A stretch of DNA of 63,955 nt, filler included, from Craspedostauros australis (Eukaryota): NCBI GenBank assembly GCA_030167865.1. It is 19 parts of 19 records of this genome, joined end to end, with 100 filler letters (N's around TTAATTAATTAA, not from the genome) between each part and the next. Parts side by side here need not be neighbours in the genome. Positions count along the whole stretch, not along the records: positions 1 to 1,271 come from JALAGF010001984.1; positions 1,372 to 4,254 come from JALAGF010001986.1; positions 4,355 to 11,265 come from JALAGF010001987.1; positions 11,366 to 13,743 come from JALAGF010001988.1; 15 more parts are not named here. One strand, given 5' to 3'. The position numbers and the translations under genes are program-made. The stretch's first letter is position 1. The number at the start of each line of letters is the position of its first letter. The notes below the pieces were generated by a model. That model worked only from the letters and a program-made list of their open reading frames with translations. It was not told the origin of the DNA and did not search any database. Positions 1-12,559 of the stretch are shown here, one piece after another.

Positions 1-1271
1 AGCTGGAGTTCTATCAATTGGAGGAGGAGGCTAACAAGCTGCGTTTGGTGGGAGGCGACAAGCGACCCCGAATCGCCTCCGCCATCGTTCGATCTGCGCA
101 TCCCTATGAGAGCGATCGATTCTGGAACACGACCACCAGATACACAGAACCAACCACGCTGTGGCTTGGCGATGCATCCGTGTTTGATGGCGAAGACGAG
201 AAGATGATGAAGCGGGTCGACCCAGAGGTGCACCTTGGCAGCAAGCTCAAATCGCTACCGAGTCAATTCGATTCNAAAGGTTTGGACGTCATGCAACGCA
301 TCGCAGAAAGCAAGGACGGCACTGATGCTCTGCACATCATCATGTCGAAGAGGCGTCCCCACGAACAAGCGGACCTACCTTGCTCTACGCCTATGGTGCC
401 TTTGAGGTCGTGTCGGTCCGCATTACAACCTGCAACAGGTCTGGCATGGTTGGAATGTGGCAGCGTCTGCACGGAAACCAACATGTGCGGTGGCGGAGCA
501 TTCGGTCCAGGCTGGCATCAGGTGAGTGACGAGTGTTGTTGATGTTGCTGCTGCTGTGTATGGTCGTGTTGTACACTTGCGCATTTGCACCTGGCATGTG
601 CGCGGCGCAGAGCAGACCNNNNNNNNNNNNNNNNNNNNNNNNNNNNNNNNNNNNNNNNNNNNNNNNNNNNNNNNNNNNNNNNNNNNNNNNNNNATGCCAT
701 TGATTCCTTGATTCTATTCCATTCGTATTCCCACTTCAATTCACATCATACTCACAATTGAATCAATGTCCGATTGGTTGGCATGATATGATATGATACG
801 AACTGCGCCCATTCTGTGGTACTGCTCGCGCACACTCTCATCCCGAATGATGGACTCCACTCCAACCATGTGTCTGAATTGCTGCAATATTGTCTCGCTG
901 GAGGGCGCGGTGCGCGAAAAGCGCACCAAACCACACGAAGACTTCATCGCAGTTGCTGAGGATTTGATTTGGTCGAAAAAATGAAAAGCCAAAACATTGG
1001 NCATCCNCGGCGGATCCGGCGGAGGATTGNTGGTGCGNATGNTTTNGTGATGCTCCTGNACTGTTCAGCGCGGTGCGTTGGGCAGTCGACCCATGTCATC
1101 AAGCGGTCAAAGATCTGCATTCGGACGATGCACCGATATGCGCGACGAATTTGGATCCGGACGCGTCCGATTGGAGATGTTCACGGGGTAGACCTCGCTG
1201 TACCACAACATCAAATAGGATCCAAATTTTCTACCAATCCTATTCACTGCCGCACGAACGATGATCGGATA

Positions 1272-1371
1272 NNNNNNNNNNNNNNNNNNNNNNNNNNNNN
1301 NNNNNNNNNNNNNNNTTAATTAATTAANNNNNNNNNNNNNNNNNNNNNNNNNNNNNNNNNNNNNNNNNNNN
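1272..1371. other. Artificial contig-joining spacer (N44-TTAATTAATTAA-N44), first of ~18
   Basis: The same 100-nt linker with stops in all six frames recurs at about 4255, 11266, 13744, 15412, 19068, 20453, 21847, 23038, 24441, 37819, 39057, 46212, 54528, 56534, 58530, 59760 and 61331. ORFs ending in 'LIN' or 'N' after X runs are linker artefacts. Confidence 0.98.
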
Positions 1372-1792
1372 ATCATGGCACGTGTCACCCACGGACTAGA
1401 ACAACTCAGAAAGAGCATCAACCATGACATCAATCATGACACCAATCGTAAAGTTTGGTGTCAGGAGATCAAGAGCGAAACGCAAGACTGTGGAATCGTA
1501 CCGCAGGGAATGTAGAATAAGGATATGCACGACGAGGTGCATGGCAAGAATGCCTTCGGATATGCACGACGATATGCATGACAAGGATGACTGCGGATGA
1601 GATCTCATGCATGCAAGCGATGATTCATGATGATGAGATGCATGAATGCAACAGTATAACACGGTGCTGCTGCAGGAGATGCTATATGAGAAACGAAAGG
1701 CAAAGGAGCTGAAGAGAATGAGCTCACAGTTCTGAATAGTACGATCTAACAACCAATTAGTTCTTACTAACACTAACCCCGGATTTCCAACA
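1372..1792 (+). mobile_element. 3' part of a Copia LTR
   Basis: Ends in ...AACCCCGGATTTCCAACA. The same end occurs reversed at 23800 and is an imperfect inverted repeat of the LTR start TGTCAGGAATCGGGG at 3710. Confidence 0.75.
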
Positions 1793-3636
1793 AACGATGG
1801 CTACACAACTGCACGGGAGACGATGAACGCTCCAGTGGCAACAGACAGGCCCAACTTCGAAACAGACGGGTCAATCATCAACAACAACGTCGCAGGCATG
1901 AGGATCGGTACTTCCCAATGAAGGATGAGAGCGATCGACTTCATCGCTGCGAGTCAGGATAATGATGATGANNNNNNNNNNNNNNNNNNNNNNNNNGCGC
2001 GCGACGGCGAGAGATTCGAGCACATCAACACCGAAATGATGCTGAGTCTACGTACGCCTGAGGAGTGCTAGGATCATGTGGATCCTGACGAGCGGAAGCA
2101 ACGAGACGACGCTATCAACAAAGAGTCCAATGACATGGCCAGAAAAGGAGGATATAGCAGAAGATCAAGAAGGACCAGATGCCGAGAAACTGGCAGTGCG
2201 TGAAGATCAAATGGGTATTCAAGGAGAAGAGGAACGGCGTATTCCGCGCCAGACTCGTTGCATGCGGATACTCGCAGATCGCAGGAGTCGGCCTCTCAAT
2301 GCAACGCGCACCGTGATACACGACGCAACCTTCCGTTCAATGCTCACAATGAGGATGCTACTGAACATTGGGCAGCATCACTATCGACCTTGAGACAGCA
2401 TTCCTACATGGAGACCTCGAAGAGGAGACCTACATGCTTTGCCAGAAGGGCATGGAGCATGGTGATAACGAATGCCTGTTGCTCAAGAAGGTGATCTACG
2501 GACTCGTAGAGCGCGCAAGACAATGGAACAAGAAGCTGGTCGACATCCTAATCAAATTGGGATTCAGACAGAGCAGAATGGATCCATGCCTCCTGATTCG
2601 GGATCAGGAAGGGAGACTACTGCTGATCGGAACTTACGTTGACGACTGCCTATGCATCGGAGATGAACAGGAGTTGAAGAGACTCGTAGGGGATATCAAG
2701 GCAGAGCGGTTTGGAATCAAGGTGGAAGAGGATCTCGAAGACTACCTCAGTTGCAAGATCGTATTCAACCACGACTACGCGAACTGCTGGGTGAACCAAC
2801 CAAGCATCATCAAGACATTCACCGACACATCCAAAGATGACATGATGAAGCTACAGAGATATGGTACACCAGGAACACCAGGGCAGGGCATCCAGAGGGA
2901 CAGCAACTCGCCCAAGGTAGACAAGGAACGGCACAGCAGATACCGAAGCGGAGTAGGTATGCTGCTATGCTTGATAAAGCACTCTCGACCTGACATCGCC
3001 AATGCAATGCGCGAACTGACCAAGATGTTGGATGAACCGACAACTGCAGCATACAAGGAGATGCTAAGGGTCATGAAGTTCGTGTCGGACACGAGAGAAT
3101 ATGGACTGAAGGTGAAACCGAGTCCATTGGAGAACGATGCATGGAAGATTGTGGTGTACACCGACAGCGAGTTCGCTGGTGACAAGAACAATCGCATCAG
3201 CATAGGAGGACATGTTGTCCTGCTACAAGGAGTGCCAATGATCTGGAGATCGAAGGCACAACGCAGTGTGACACTCAGCTCAACAAAGACAGAGTACATC
3301 GCACTATCGGAGGCCGGAAACGAGATCCGCTTCCTGACTCAACTGATGAGAGACATCGGGTTGGAGATGCACAGACCAGCAGACGTGATGGTCGACAACG
3401 TGGGAGCAATCTTCATTGCTTCCAACCCATCCACCTCCGCCAGAACCAGACACATCGACATACGACATCACTTCATTCGAGAACTGATTGCGAACAGAGA
3501 GGCTAGAGCCCGGTTCGTACGTTCAGAGGACAACATTGCAGACAGGGTTCACAAAGAACACCGAGAAGAAGATATGTGACAGACACAAGAGCGATATCAT
3601 CCAGCTGCAGTCGGCAATGGACTGATGGGATGGCGA
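1793..3636 (+). pseudogene. Ty1/Copia pol remnant (integrase-RT linker, reverse transcriptase, RNase H), frameshifted
   Basis: ORF 2368-3579 has AFLHGDLEE, YGL, YVDD, SRPDIA, DSEFAGD, RTRHIDIRHHF. Upstream frameshifted KWVFK..RARLVACGYSQ. C-terminal ADGFTK is broken by a frameshift. 1815-1970 resembles the pol linker at 59550-59700. Confidence 0.93.
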
Positions 3637-3709
3637 GAAGGATGGTGGTGATGGGAGACAAGGGAGTGTGGAGTCAGAATGATATATTGTCGATGCGACA
3701 ATGGAAGGG

Positions 3710-4254
3710 TGTCAGGAATCGGGGGTACGACTTTGTCAAGATACCCATGATTGCCGCACCTCCCAATAATATCTTCACGACTCAATGGATTCAACTTTGT
3801 TGATCACACTCGGACAACCTTGTAAGCCTGTCCCACCTCACGCAACCAATCGTGTCTTGCATCACAGGGTCTGTCCATGGTCCGTCATGGAAGTGAGGGC
3901 GAACCTATGATTTTAACACTAGGGATGCATCCGCGCATGGGCCAACAACTATGGGTGACGCGAACAATAAATCTCAACCAAGTCGACGCGCCCCTACGGA
4001 CAGAGACACTTCGGAGTCACCTGAAAGGGAGAACGGTGAGAAGGAGAAACAGAGGCGATCCCTTAGTCACCCAAGAGCACGAATGGCGACGCGACAGGTG
4101 ACATGATGGTCGCGTGAGAGGAATACCGAGGAATTGACGATGATGTGGGATCGATCGTCATGAGACCCACGGCGAGGTACCTACACGGCTACGAGATGTA
4201 CTGCATGAGCGTAGAGCGAAATGAAACTACTGAAATGCATGATGAGATGCATGC
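3710..4254 (+). mobile_element. Copia 3' LTR (5' portion), preceded by a short polypurine tract
   Basis: ATGGAAGGG|TGTCAGGAATCGGG immediately after RNase H. The same junction is seen at 21153. Confidence 0.85.
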
Positions 4255-4578
4255 NNNNNNNNNNNNNNNNNNNNNNNNNNNNNNNNNNNNNNNNNNNNTT
4301 AATTAATTAANNNNNNNNNNNNNNNNNNNNNNNNNNNNNNNNNNNNNNNNNNNNTTTGCTGAAATACAACGATGATGATGATGATCATGTGTGCTCATTG
4401 GACGGCAACATTGTGGCATCAACATTTTTTTTCGAATCTACCACACAACACACAGCAAACCAACATGACTTCCAAAATATTTTCTATACTCATTAACTTC
4501 AATATTCTGATAAACCGATAGTCATGTGTACGAATTCAATGCTTAGTTTTAATTTTAAGCGATGTGTTGTTGAGATAT

Positions 4579-7500
4579 CCATGGAGAATTTTTTTTGCGT
4601 CAGGGTGCAAAAAGGGCCATTTTTTGCATCCTGACGCAAGTCACCCGGAGATTCCCAATTTGTTGCGTCAGGATGCAAAAATAAACTTAACGTGGAGATT
4701 TAAGACGGTGCGATTTCCGCATCGACTGGTTCGATTACTTCCCGTTTTTTCCCTTGTGTGTTCTGATCTGTTGCTGTTGTAATTTCATGCTGTCTCTCGC
4801 GTCATCTCCTTTTCTCCTCCTTTCGACAACAACTACAACATTGTTGTTGCACAACGCACCTGTCCGCACTGATGCTCCTTCCTCCACCTCTTCCCAGTCT
4901 CCATCGGTCCTCCTTCCACTCAGGACATTCCCACCAACTTCATTTCGACATCAGATTATCTGCGCCTGCTCTTGCCTTCTCTGCAACCAACTCTCAACCA
5001 TGGCAGCTGTGAACAACAACAACACCCTTGACATGATCCAGGCTATCGACAACGAGTTTGCTGATGCTCATGCCACCAACAACATCGATGCCCCACGCCT
5101 TCTCCATGACAGTATCAGTGACCATGGTCACGATCCCAACAACCATGTTCATGTTGCCTCCGTCCGCAGCGATGACGAAGGTGGTGTTGTGGATCCACCA
5201 CCCCCTACGCTTGTCGGTGCGTTTGGTGTTCAACCCTCTACAAGGCATGGTTGCACCCATCGGGTCATCCTTCCTCCGCCAAAGGACAACAGCAGGGGTT
5301 CCATGGAGTGGCATGTACTTTGTCCAGCCACTCATGGAACCACTGTCACCGTCAGCGGCGCCCATAGTTTGGCCTTGGCTCAGCTTCGAATGGAAGTCCA
5401 GAGCACTCGTCAATGTGTGCTCCGACTGTTTCCAAAGCCTCCCCCAGGAATGGGCCCCTTTGTGCCCACCCCACATGACCTCATGCGCTACGTGCTGGGA
5501 CCTTCGTCTTCCATCTTCGTTGATGCGTTTGGACCAGGGGGCCTGGACATCCCCTACAGCAGCTATGCAAGCTTTCTGTATGCATTCTTGGCTCAGATGT
5601 CTTTGGGGTGCACCACCAAGCGCCTCTACGACTCTGATGTCGTCAACAACCTGAATGCATTTCCATCCAAAGAATCGTACATTGCCACCTGGAGCAAAAT
5701 CAGGGACAACGGGGATGCTCCATCATCAGGAGGTCACCGATTCCTGTGGGCAGAGCTGGAAAAGGCATTCAACCTATGCCTTCCAAAGATCTGTCTGAAT
5801 CATGGTAATGGTCATCGCATTGTCACTCTTGACGATGACAAGGTCCATTGCCAGAGTCACGGTGACAGAAGTTGTTTGCTTCTCATGCGACATGCTCATG
5901 CAAACCGCGATGGGTAAGTCTATCTCGCGCGCTTGTGTTGGCAATGGTTGTTCCACTTTTCTGACACCATCTCCTTCTATTCTCCTTCCTCCCTCTCTCC
6001 TTGTTCACTTCTTCTATTTGTCAGAATACGATTGAATACCCTTGTGCAGAGTGCATCAGGTCTTGTTGTTGGCCTTGCTGCATCTCGTGACGAGCCTCAT
6101 GAAGACAGCATGGCCCTCCTCTCCCAAATGGCACAGACCAATGGAAGCCTCCGCAATGTCACGCTCATGGCGGACTGTGGCTACAACACCGAACTGGATT
6201 CGCGCGACCTCATCAGCAAGGACGCAGACCTTGAAGGAACGCACAAGCGTCACGCTCACCTGCCATTTACCTTCGGCGGCTGGACCGCACCAGGAAACCC
6301 ACAGATGGACGTCGGAAAGCACGGCCCGCGCAAGCTTCAGATAGCGGTAACAAATGGCATGGGCAACAAACCATTCGCTTGCTATTCATACCGCCACAAT
6401 CTGAACAATGTGTTGGTTGTTGGCACCAACGCTGCTTCATTCGAGTGGGACCTCAATCTAGAAAATCCTCGCGACCAACGAATGTACACCAACATGGTCA
6501 ACAGGAAAGACGGCAACAATCGTCAGTCCAAGTTGTACCCGCACTTCTTCCATCACTGCGTATCCGATTCTACCCTATCGCCTGCTGTGAGGGAAGCAAG
6601 GATGCTTGGCAACAACGAAACGGACCAGCACAACAAAACAGCCATCGACAATGCAGCTGCAGCCTGGGCGGCACAGATTTGGGATCTCCAGGTCGAGGGG
6701 CTCACATGCGAGCAGGGTGACCATCTATGGTTCATGCAGAGGAGGTTTTCTTTCACAAGCACCTCCACGTATACCATGATCAAGGCCGTGCTTGACAGTG
6801 GCGAATGGTCGAACTCCGACAATTCTGCCATATTCAACAAAGCTGCTTGGGAACATGTCGGCACATACATGGGGTTTGATGTTGCTGGAAAGGCCCAGAC
6901 ATACGACAAGGACTTGAGCACCGAAACAACAAGGCTGAAGGCACTTGCCACATACCAACAGCTGACGAATCCAAGCCACGATTCGACTGAGTTGGAAGCT
7001 CGGCTCGAAACTGGCGACAACAACGCCAACATCATTTCAGACTCCAATCTAGCTGCCCTTATGCAGCTCTTCTACATGAGCAAAGTCCGTCGCAGTCGAA
7101 GAACAAACTATGCCATGCTGCATCGAATTTTGGCACAGCATGACAAGGTACGACGGCGCTTCGTTGCTCTTGCCGATGCGTCCCTCAAGAAGCAAGTCAA
7201 GGAACGGCTACCAAAGGCCAACTTGTCCCAGGACACAAGGACCACTCTGCTTGATAGAATGGTGGCATTGACCCTCAACGATATGGCAAGGGAGCTGGAG
7301 ATGTCATCTGCTGACAAGGAAGATAATGATACGCCATGGATGGCATCATTGAAGCAGAGGCTTACAACAACAATGCTACAAACATGGTTCATGAAAGGAT
7401 TGAAGGGGAAGGCCGCGAAGAATGCAAAGTTGGGCCATACATGTGAGATCCCGCTGATGAAGAAGGCCATGGAGTGTATCGGAGTGGGAAGCTCTGGCAA

Positions 7501-9834
7501 TCGTATCAAAGCAGGGTACCGTGCTGGTCTCGTTGCAAAGAAAGGTGTTCCCTACGCTCGAGCATCCGTAGATTTTCTGGCGATTGTAGGAGACCCTGAC
7601 AACAACAACACCGACGAAGTCTTCGTCGTCGAGATGAAGACTCGAGCGACAACCAACACAGAGGAGTTGGAGAAGACACATCTTCGCGAAGCAAGCAGGA
7701 CCACCAGGATTGACGAGGATGCTCATGTGTTCCGAAACGTGCAGGACAATGTGTGGCGCGCGCAATTTCGGCAGGAGTGGGAAATGGTGCAACTGCTGCA
7801 TCATTCATTTGTCTTTGGAGTGCCAGGCGCGATGATTGTTGTTGGTAAGTTGTTTCCTGAGGCTGGCACGTATGTGTCGCTGACAGCGTGCATTGCAAAA
7901 CAGCAGGCCCAACATGATGTGATCACTAACGTTTCTGTTCCTTCAATGCTGCTTTCACCACCATTTGTGCACTTGTTCTGTCGGTAGGTGATTCAACTGG
8001 CAACATTCTAAGATCCATGTCCACAAGGTTCTCAGCTTCATTGATGCTGTCTTATGGAATGGTGCTCGACGATTTGTATCGCTTGACATTGGATTTCGCG
8101 TACACCAACATTGATACCGATCCAATTTCAACATCGTCCGGAGCCATGCTCGAGAAGTATCTGCTTTCGAAGAGATCGGGCGGAAAACAGTCTTCGGGTG
8201 GTCACCACATCGCAGCACTGACGAAGGATGATGTGTTCCATCAGTTGTTGATCTGGAAGGCATGCCAACAACTGCCTATCCCAGTTCCAAGAGTGCATAC
8301 GTTCGTCCCTGCGGTAATATCGCGATGGAACGCCTTCAAAGGGGGATCCGATGTTATATCGCGAATGATCCGACAACATGAAGTGCTTTCTCCCTTCCCA
8401 ACATTCCAATGCAAAGCGGTGATACGAATTCTGGAAGTTGTGATGTTGTTCATCCACAAACTCATGCATTACTGCTGCACACCCGACATTCATACCAACA
8501 CAGATCTGGACAGAACACCAACCATTCACCACTACAGGAAGATGCTGAACAAGCGCCAATCGGTCGCTCAGTCCTTGGAGATCCTAAGGGATGTGATGGG
8601 TGACATCGTGATGGAGGAAACGGGGAAGACCATGGACAAGGCATTGAGCAGACAGCGGAGAAAGGCGTTGGCAGCACCAGCAAAGCCAAAAAGTACCGCC
8701 GATCCACTCATTGTGGCCGATGGAAGGCGCACGAACAACCAAGAGGTGAAGAAGCACAAGGACGTGCGGAAACTTCTTGCCAGTGTGGAACAGACCCCAT
8801 CAGCAGCAGCAGATGCGCTCGATGAGAGGCTGCGGTCAGGCAATCATGAACCGATCCATTGCCTCAATCTGAGGCAACCGTGTGTGGTTTGCGGAGTTTT
8901 TACTCGCTGGTTATGCATGCGCTGCCATCTCTTCGCCTGCGTTGCACCTACAGCCAATCATGTTAGATGGGAGAAGGAATGCGGGATCCATCACAAGGCA
9001 ACGATGAGGAACATTGTCATCAGCAAAGAAGTAGCAGTAGCGTCCAACACATGCTACCGGATGCTGCACAGCAAAGATCGTTCATGGGTGCCAAAAACGG
9101 AGGAGACGTATGTGCAATGGAACAAGAAGAACAATCTGAAGAAGAATGAGAAGGAGGGGGCTGATCCACAACAGGAAAAAGCAGTAGCCCTGCCACAACC
9201 AACAGAAAACGCCGTGCCAGCACCTCCAAGACGAAGTCCAAGAAGAACTACAACGCACCGGAAGGAGGGGAAGAAACGACGTCGATCGCCGGCACCCTCT
9301 CCTGAATGGGTAAGTCGAGGACGAACACGCGCCGCGTGCAAAGCAAAGGATTGTGAGGAGGGCCACGGCCAAAGAGCAAAGTTATGAAGCAAGCCACCAT
9401 CGACACACAGATGGATAGGTGAGATGGAAGGATGCAAAGAACCTGCTGCTGAGATACGATGCAACAGTCTGTGCGAAGGAGCATGTATAACATAGTAGAC
9501 ATTGCCGCCAAGCACAAGCATGGAACCCACATGAGCACGATGTCGATGAGGTGCGACTGGAATGAAATGATGCTGAGAGAGAGCACCATTGCAGGGGAGG
9601 AGGGAGGGGGAAGGTCTAGGTATTGGGAGAGGCATGTCGTATGGGCGGATGAGAGCTGTGAAATGCGATTGGAAAATATGCCAAGTAGTCGAAGAAGTCA
9701 GGACTGTTTTATCGTCGTGTTAAATCTCCACACAAAATCAAAATTTGCGTCCTGATGCAACCATTCCAGAAAAGAGCCAAAATTTGCGTCCTGATGCAAA
9801 TTGTTTCCATTATCGCGACGAAAATTCTCCATGG
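4579..9834 (+). mobile_element. Full-length piggyBac-like DNA transposon with ATAT flanks
   Basis: ATAT|CCATGGAGAATTTT (4575-4592) and AAAATTCTCCATGG|ATAT (9821-9838) form perfect TIRs. Subterminal TTGC[GA]TC..G[AG]YGCAA motifs at 4595, 4624, 4663, 9745, 9784. Internal inverted repeat GTGGAGATTTAA (~4692) / TTAAATCTCCAC (9720). Encloses one transposase gene. Confidence 0.9.
5000..9387 (+). CDS. piggyBac-type DDD transposase with embedded YqaJ/lambda-exonuclease-like domain and C-terminal Cys-rich domain; join(5000..5913,6025..7844,7988..9387), ~1377 aa
   Basis: Two GT-AG introns (gtaagt..tcag, gtaagt..gtag) join three ORFs in frame without stops. Transposase motifs VTLDDDK (D1), MADCGY (D2), WNAFKGGSD (D3), CVVC..CMRC..C..CYRMLH. 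Nuclease motifs QGDHLWFMQRRFSFTST, GHTCE, GLVAKKGVPYARASVDFL, VVEMKT, EMVQLLHH. Confidence 0.85.
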
Positions 9835-9931
9835 ATATAGCATGACAAGCAGATATTTGGGTGGTTTTTGGATGGCCTCTAGACTCGTTTTAGTAGCATG
9901 GTCTGCCACCCACAAAACTCCACAACTAGTG

Positions 9932-11265
9932 TTATCGCGGCAGTACGTGCCCATCACAATTTTCCGTCCCATCATCCAACACAGCCTCACTTTCTGTGTT
10001 GGCCTTCAGTGTGTCAGCATCACACCGCATCTGATGATCCAGCTCCTCTTCTTCTCTCTGCAACTCCTCATCTCTTCGTTCCTCCTGTGTTTCAGCTGGC
10101 ACATTGTGGGTCGCCACAATTGCAGATGCTGTTGCTGTTGTGCTGCCTGTTGGGTTGGTGGTGGTTTCCGTCTTGATGAGGGCAGCCTCTTTCTTTTCCT
10201 TGCGTTGTTTGGCACTGTACGCTGCAAACAGCGACGCTTTGACGCGCATGGGGTTTGCGTGCAGTTGTACGTACCAGTCAGTTTTGGTCCTCTTGTCGTC
10301 CATCAATTGCTCATGTGCTTCGTGTTCGGACGGTCTGTTTTTCGGGTCCTTCGCGGACGCTTCACTGATGTCCTTCAATTTCGCCGCGATGTAGTCTGGT
10401 AGTTCCGCTGGTTTGCGCGCAGTTTTGCTTGCCCAGCCTTTCACAGCGAGTGGTGGGTGTTGTGTTTCCGCGGTCTGGTCTTGTAGCGCCGTGGTGTGAT
10501 CACACGGAAGGTGTTCATGTCTGTCTTCGAGTGCTTTGCCGAACACCAGCCCCTTGCTCTCTGCCGCTGTGCGACCGAGTTTTCGCGTCTTGTCCGTCTT
10601 CCTGAATGATTCGGACGTAATTNNNNNNNNNNNNNNNNNNNNNNNNNNNNNNNNNNNNNNNNNATTCGGACGTAATTGCCGGCTTCTCGGACGTGAACGT
10701 TCTGTCCTCGATGACACCCACCTCATTGATGATCCAGCCATCCCATTTGGTGGTCTTCACCACGATGTCTTCCGTGATGCCAGATGCAGCCACCAGCCAC
10801 GCCTGGCCATCGTCATACTTCACCTCATGAGTCTGGCGTACCTGTTGTCCAGATGCTCGGAATCGTCTTTTTGGTGCGCCTGGCAATGTCGTGATGTGGC
10901 CTTGGAGGTTTCGTGCATTGACCAATACCGTTGTTGTCCCCGTGATGCTACCAGCTTTCAGTGCTTTGTAGAGTTGGCGGGCGGTCTTCATGTCCTTGCC
11001 ACTTTCCACGTATTTTCGCAGTACACGGGTGATGTACGCGAAGTGGGTGTCCAGCATGCTCTTACCGGTTTGGGCCTCTGTGTAGATCCACACGATGATT
11101 TTGGCTGCTTTTCGTGTCGCAAGGTTCTTGTTGAGTACCGATGTGATGAGCGCGATGTGCTCGTGACTGGCAAAGCAACAAGCGTTATCGCTCTGTAGGA
11201 TGATTTCAGTCACGGATGGGAGAATGTCTTTGACCTTTTTTTGCACAATGTCAAGTAGTCCACCA
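9932..11265 (-). CDS. DDE/DDD transposase fragment, Sola-like (5' end off contig)
   Basis: Motifs ILQSDNACCF and YTEAQTGKSMLDTHF. The N-gap at 10623-10663 is flanked by the same sequence (ttcggacgtaatt), so ORFs 10515-11246 and 9932-10741 are probably one CDS (..PAITSESFRKTDK..). Superfamily assignment is from motif memory only. Confidence 0.55.
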
Positions 11266-11658
11266 NNNNNNNNNNNNNNNNNNNNNNNNNNNNNNNNNNN
11301 NNNNNNNNNTTAATTAATTAANNNNNNNNNNNNNNNNNNNNNNNNNNNNNNNNNNNNNNNNNNNNGTGCTATCGTGGATGGACTGTTGGATGGTCTCATC
11401 CGAACACCTGAAAAAGAGACTAAACAATTCAAAATCGGAACAAAGTTGCAGAAACAAAGAACAGCAAAGGGTTAAATTGGATCGATGTAGTCGGTAGAAG
11501 ACGGCCGAGTCCCTAAAGCAGTCTAAAAATGCGCACATTGTCGGGTCCATAAAACTTAAAATAGGATCTATCTCAAAAATGTAATGGTTAATTATTTATA
11601 AGGAGAGGTAGGAGAATACGAATATGTACGTTGTTTGGATATCTGAGACAAAAGTTCT

Positions 11659-11744
11659 GGAGTCCCGTAACAAAGTGCAGGTCGACTCACTAAGTGGGGT
11701 CGGAGTCCCGTAACAAAGTGCAGGTCGACTCACTAAGTGGGGTC
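11659..11744. repeat. Perfect 43-bp tandem duplication
   Basis: GGAGTCCCGTAACAAAGTGCAGGTCGACTCACTAAGTGGGGTC twice, head to tail. Confidence 0.9.
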
Positions 11745-12559
11745 CTATGTCTATGTCTCTGTCGAGGCAGAGACCTGGAACACAGCTGGAAAAGATGCAG
11801 TAGAATACAATACTAATGTACATTTGAATTGAAGAGAAGAGATGAGTGGTTGAGCCGGAGACAGTGTCATGTCACACCAAACGACACATCCTCTTGTATT
11901 TACGTGGGCTAATCATACGTGTACTTGCAGTCGTAGCTGTGTTCATGCCGGATGCTGCTCGCCGTTTCGAAACGATCAGCTTGACGAGGGGAACCAGGAG
12001 GGGGCACGCTCCTGCAGCAAATGCTGCTAGTCTGGGGGCATTGCCTTTGCGTCTCACCGATCCGTGCCACAGCGAAGAACGGCGACTCTGATTACGATGG
12101 TTGGGGGTATTACTGACAACGATGACGATGATGTTGATGACGATGTTGATGACGATCCGTGGAACGAAAACACAGATCCGGAATCCGACTCAAATGGCCA
12201 CCACACAAAATCAAAGAACAAACCACACATCCTGTCAGATCATCGTTGTTGTCATCACTCTCCCGCTGCTGTCGCTGACGCAACCAAACACCAACACCGA
12301 CACCAACGCCGAGACCAATGCCATACTCATTCAACAGACAGTCAAGTCATTGAAAATGATAACCCCGACATGATCATTTATGGAGTGCGAGTATCAATGC
12401 ATCACATGACCTACTAGATCAAAAATCTATATTCACCTTAGTCTATGTCTAATCTTGTTCTACGTAGACTGAGTCAGGTCACGCATGAGACTTTTGGTCA
12501 TGAACCGTTTTCTCTTTCTCGCTTGACCCTATTTCCCGCAACTCCCGACAGCCCTCAGA

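Noticed and set aside
18..1004. Named genes in the first contig
   Set aside because: Coding-like fragments but gapped and with no recognisable motif.
1316..1327. Recurrent TTAATTAATTAA as a biological repeat or piggyBac TTAA sites
   Set aside because: Always centred in fixed-length N runs, so it is an assembly concatenation spacer.
11659..11744. CRISPR or att-site repeat
   Set aside because: Only two directly abutting copies; a simple tandem duplication.
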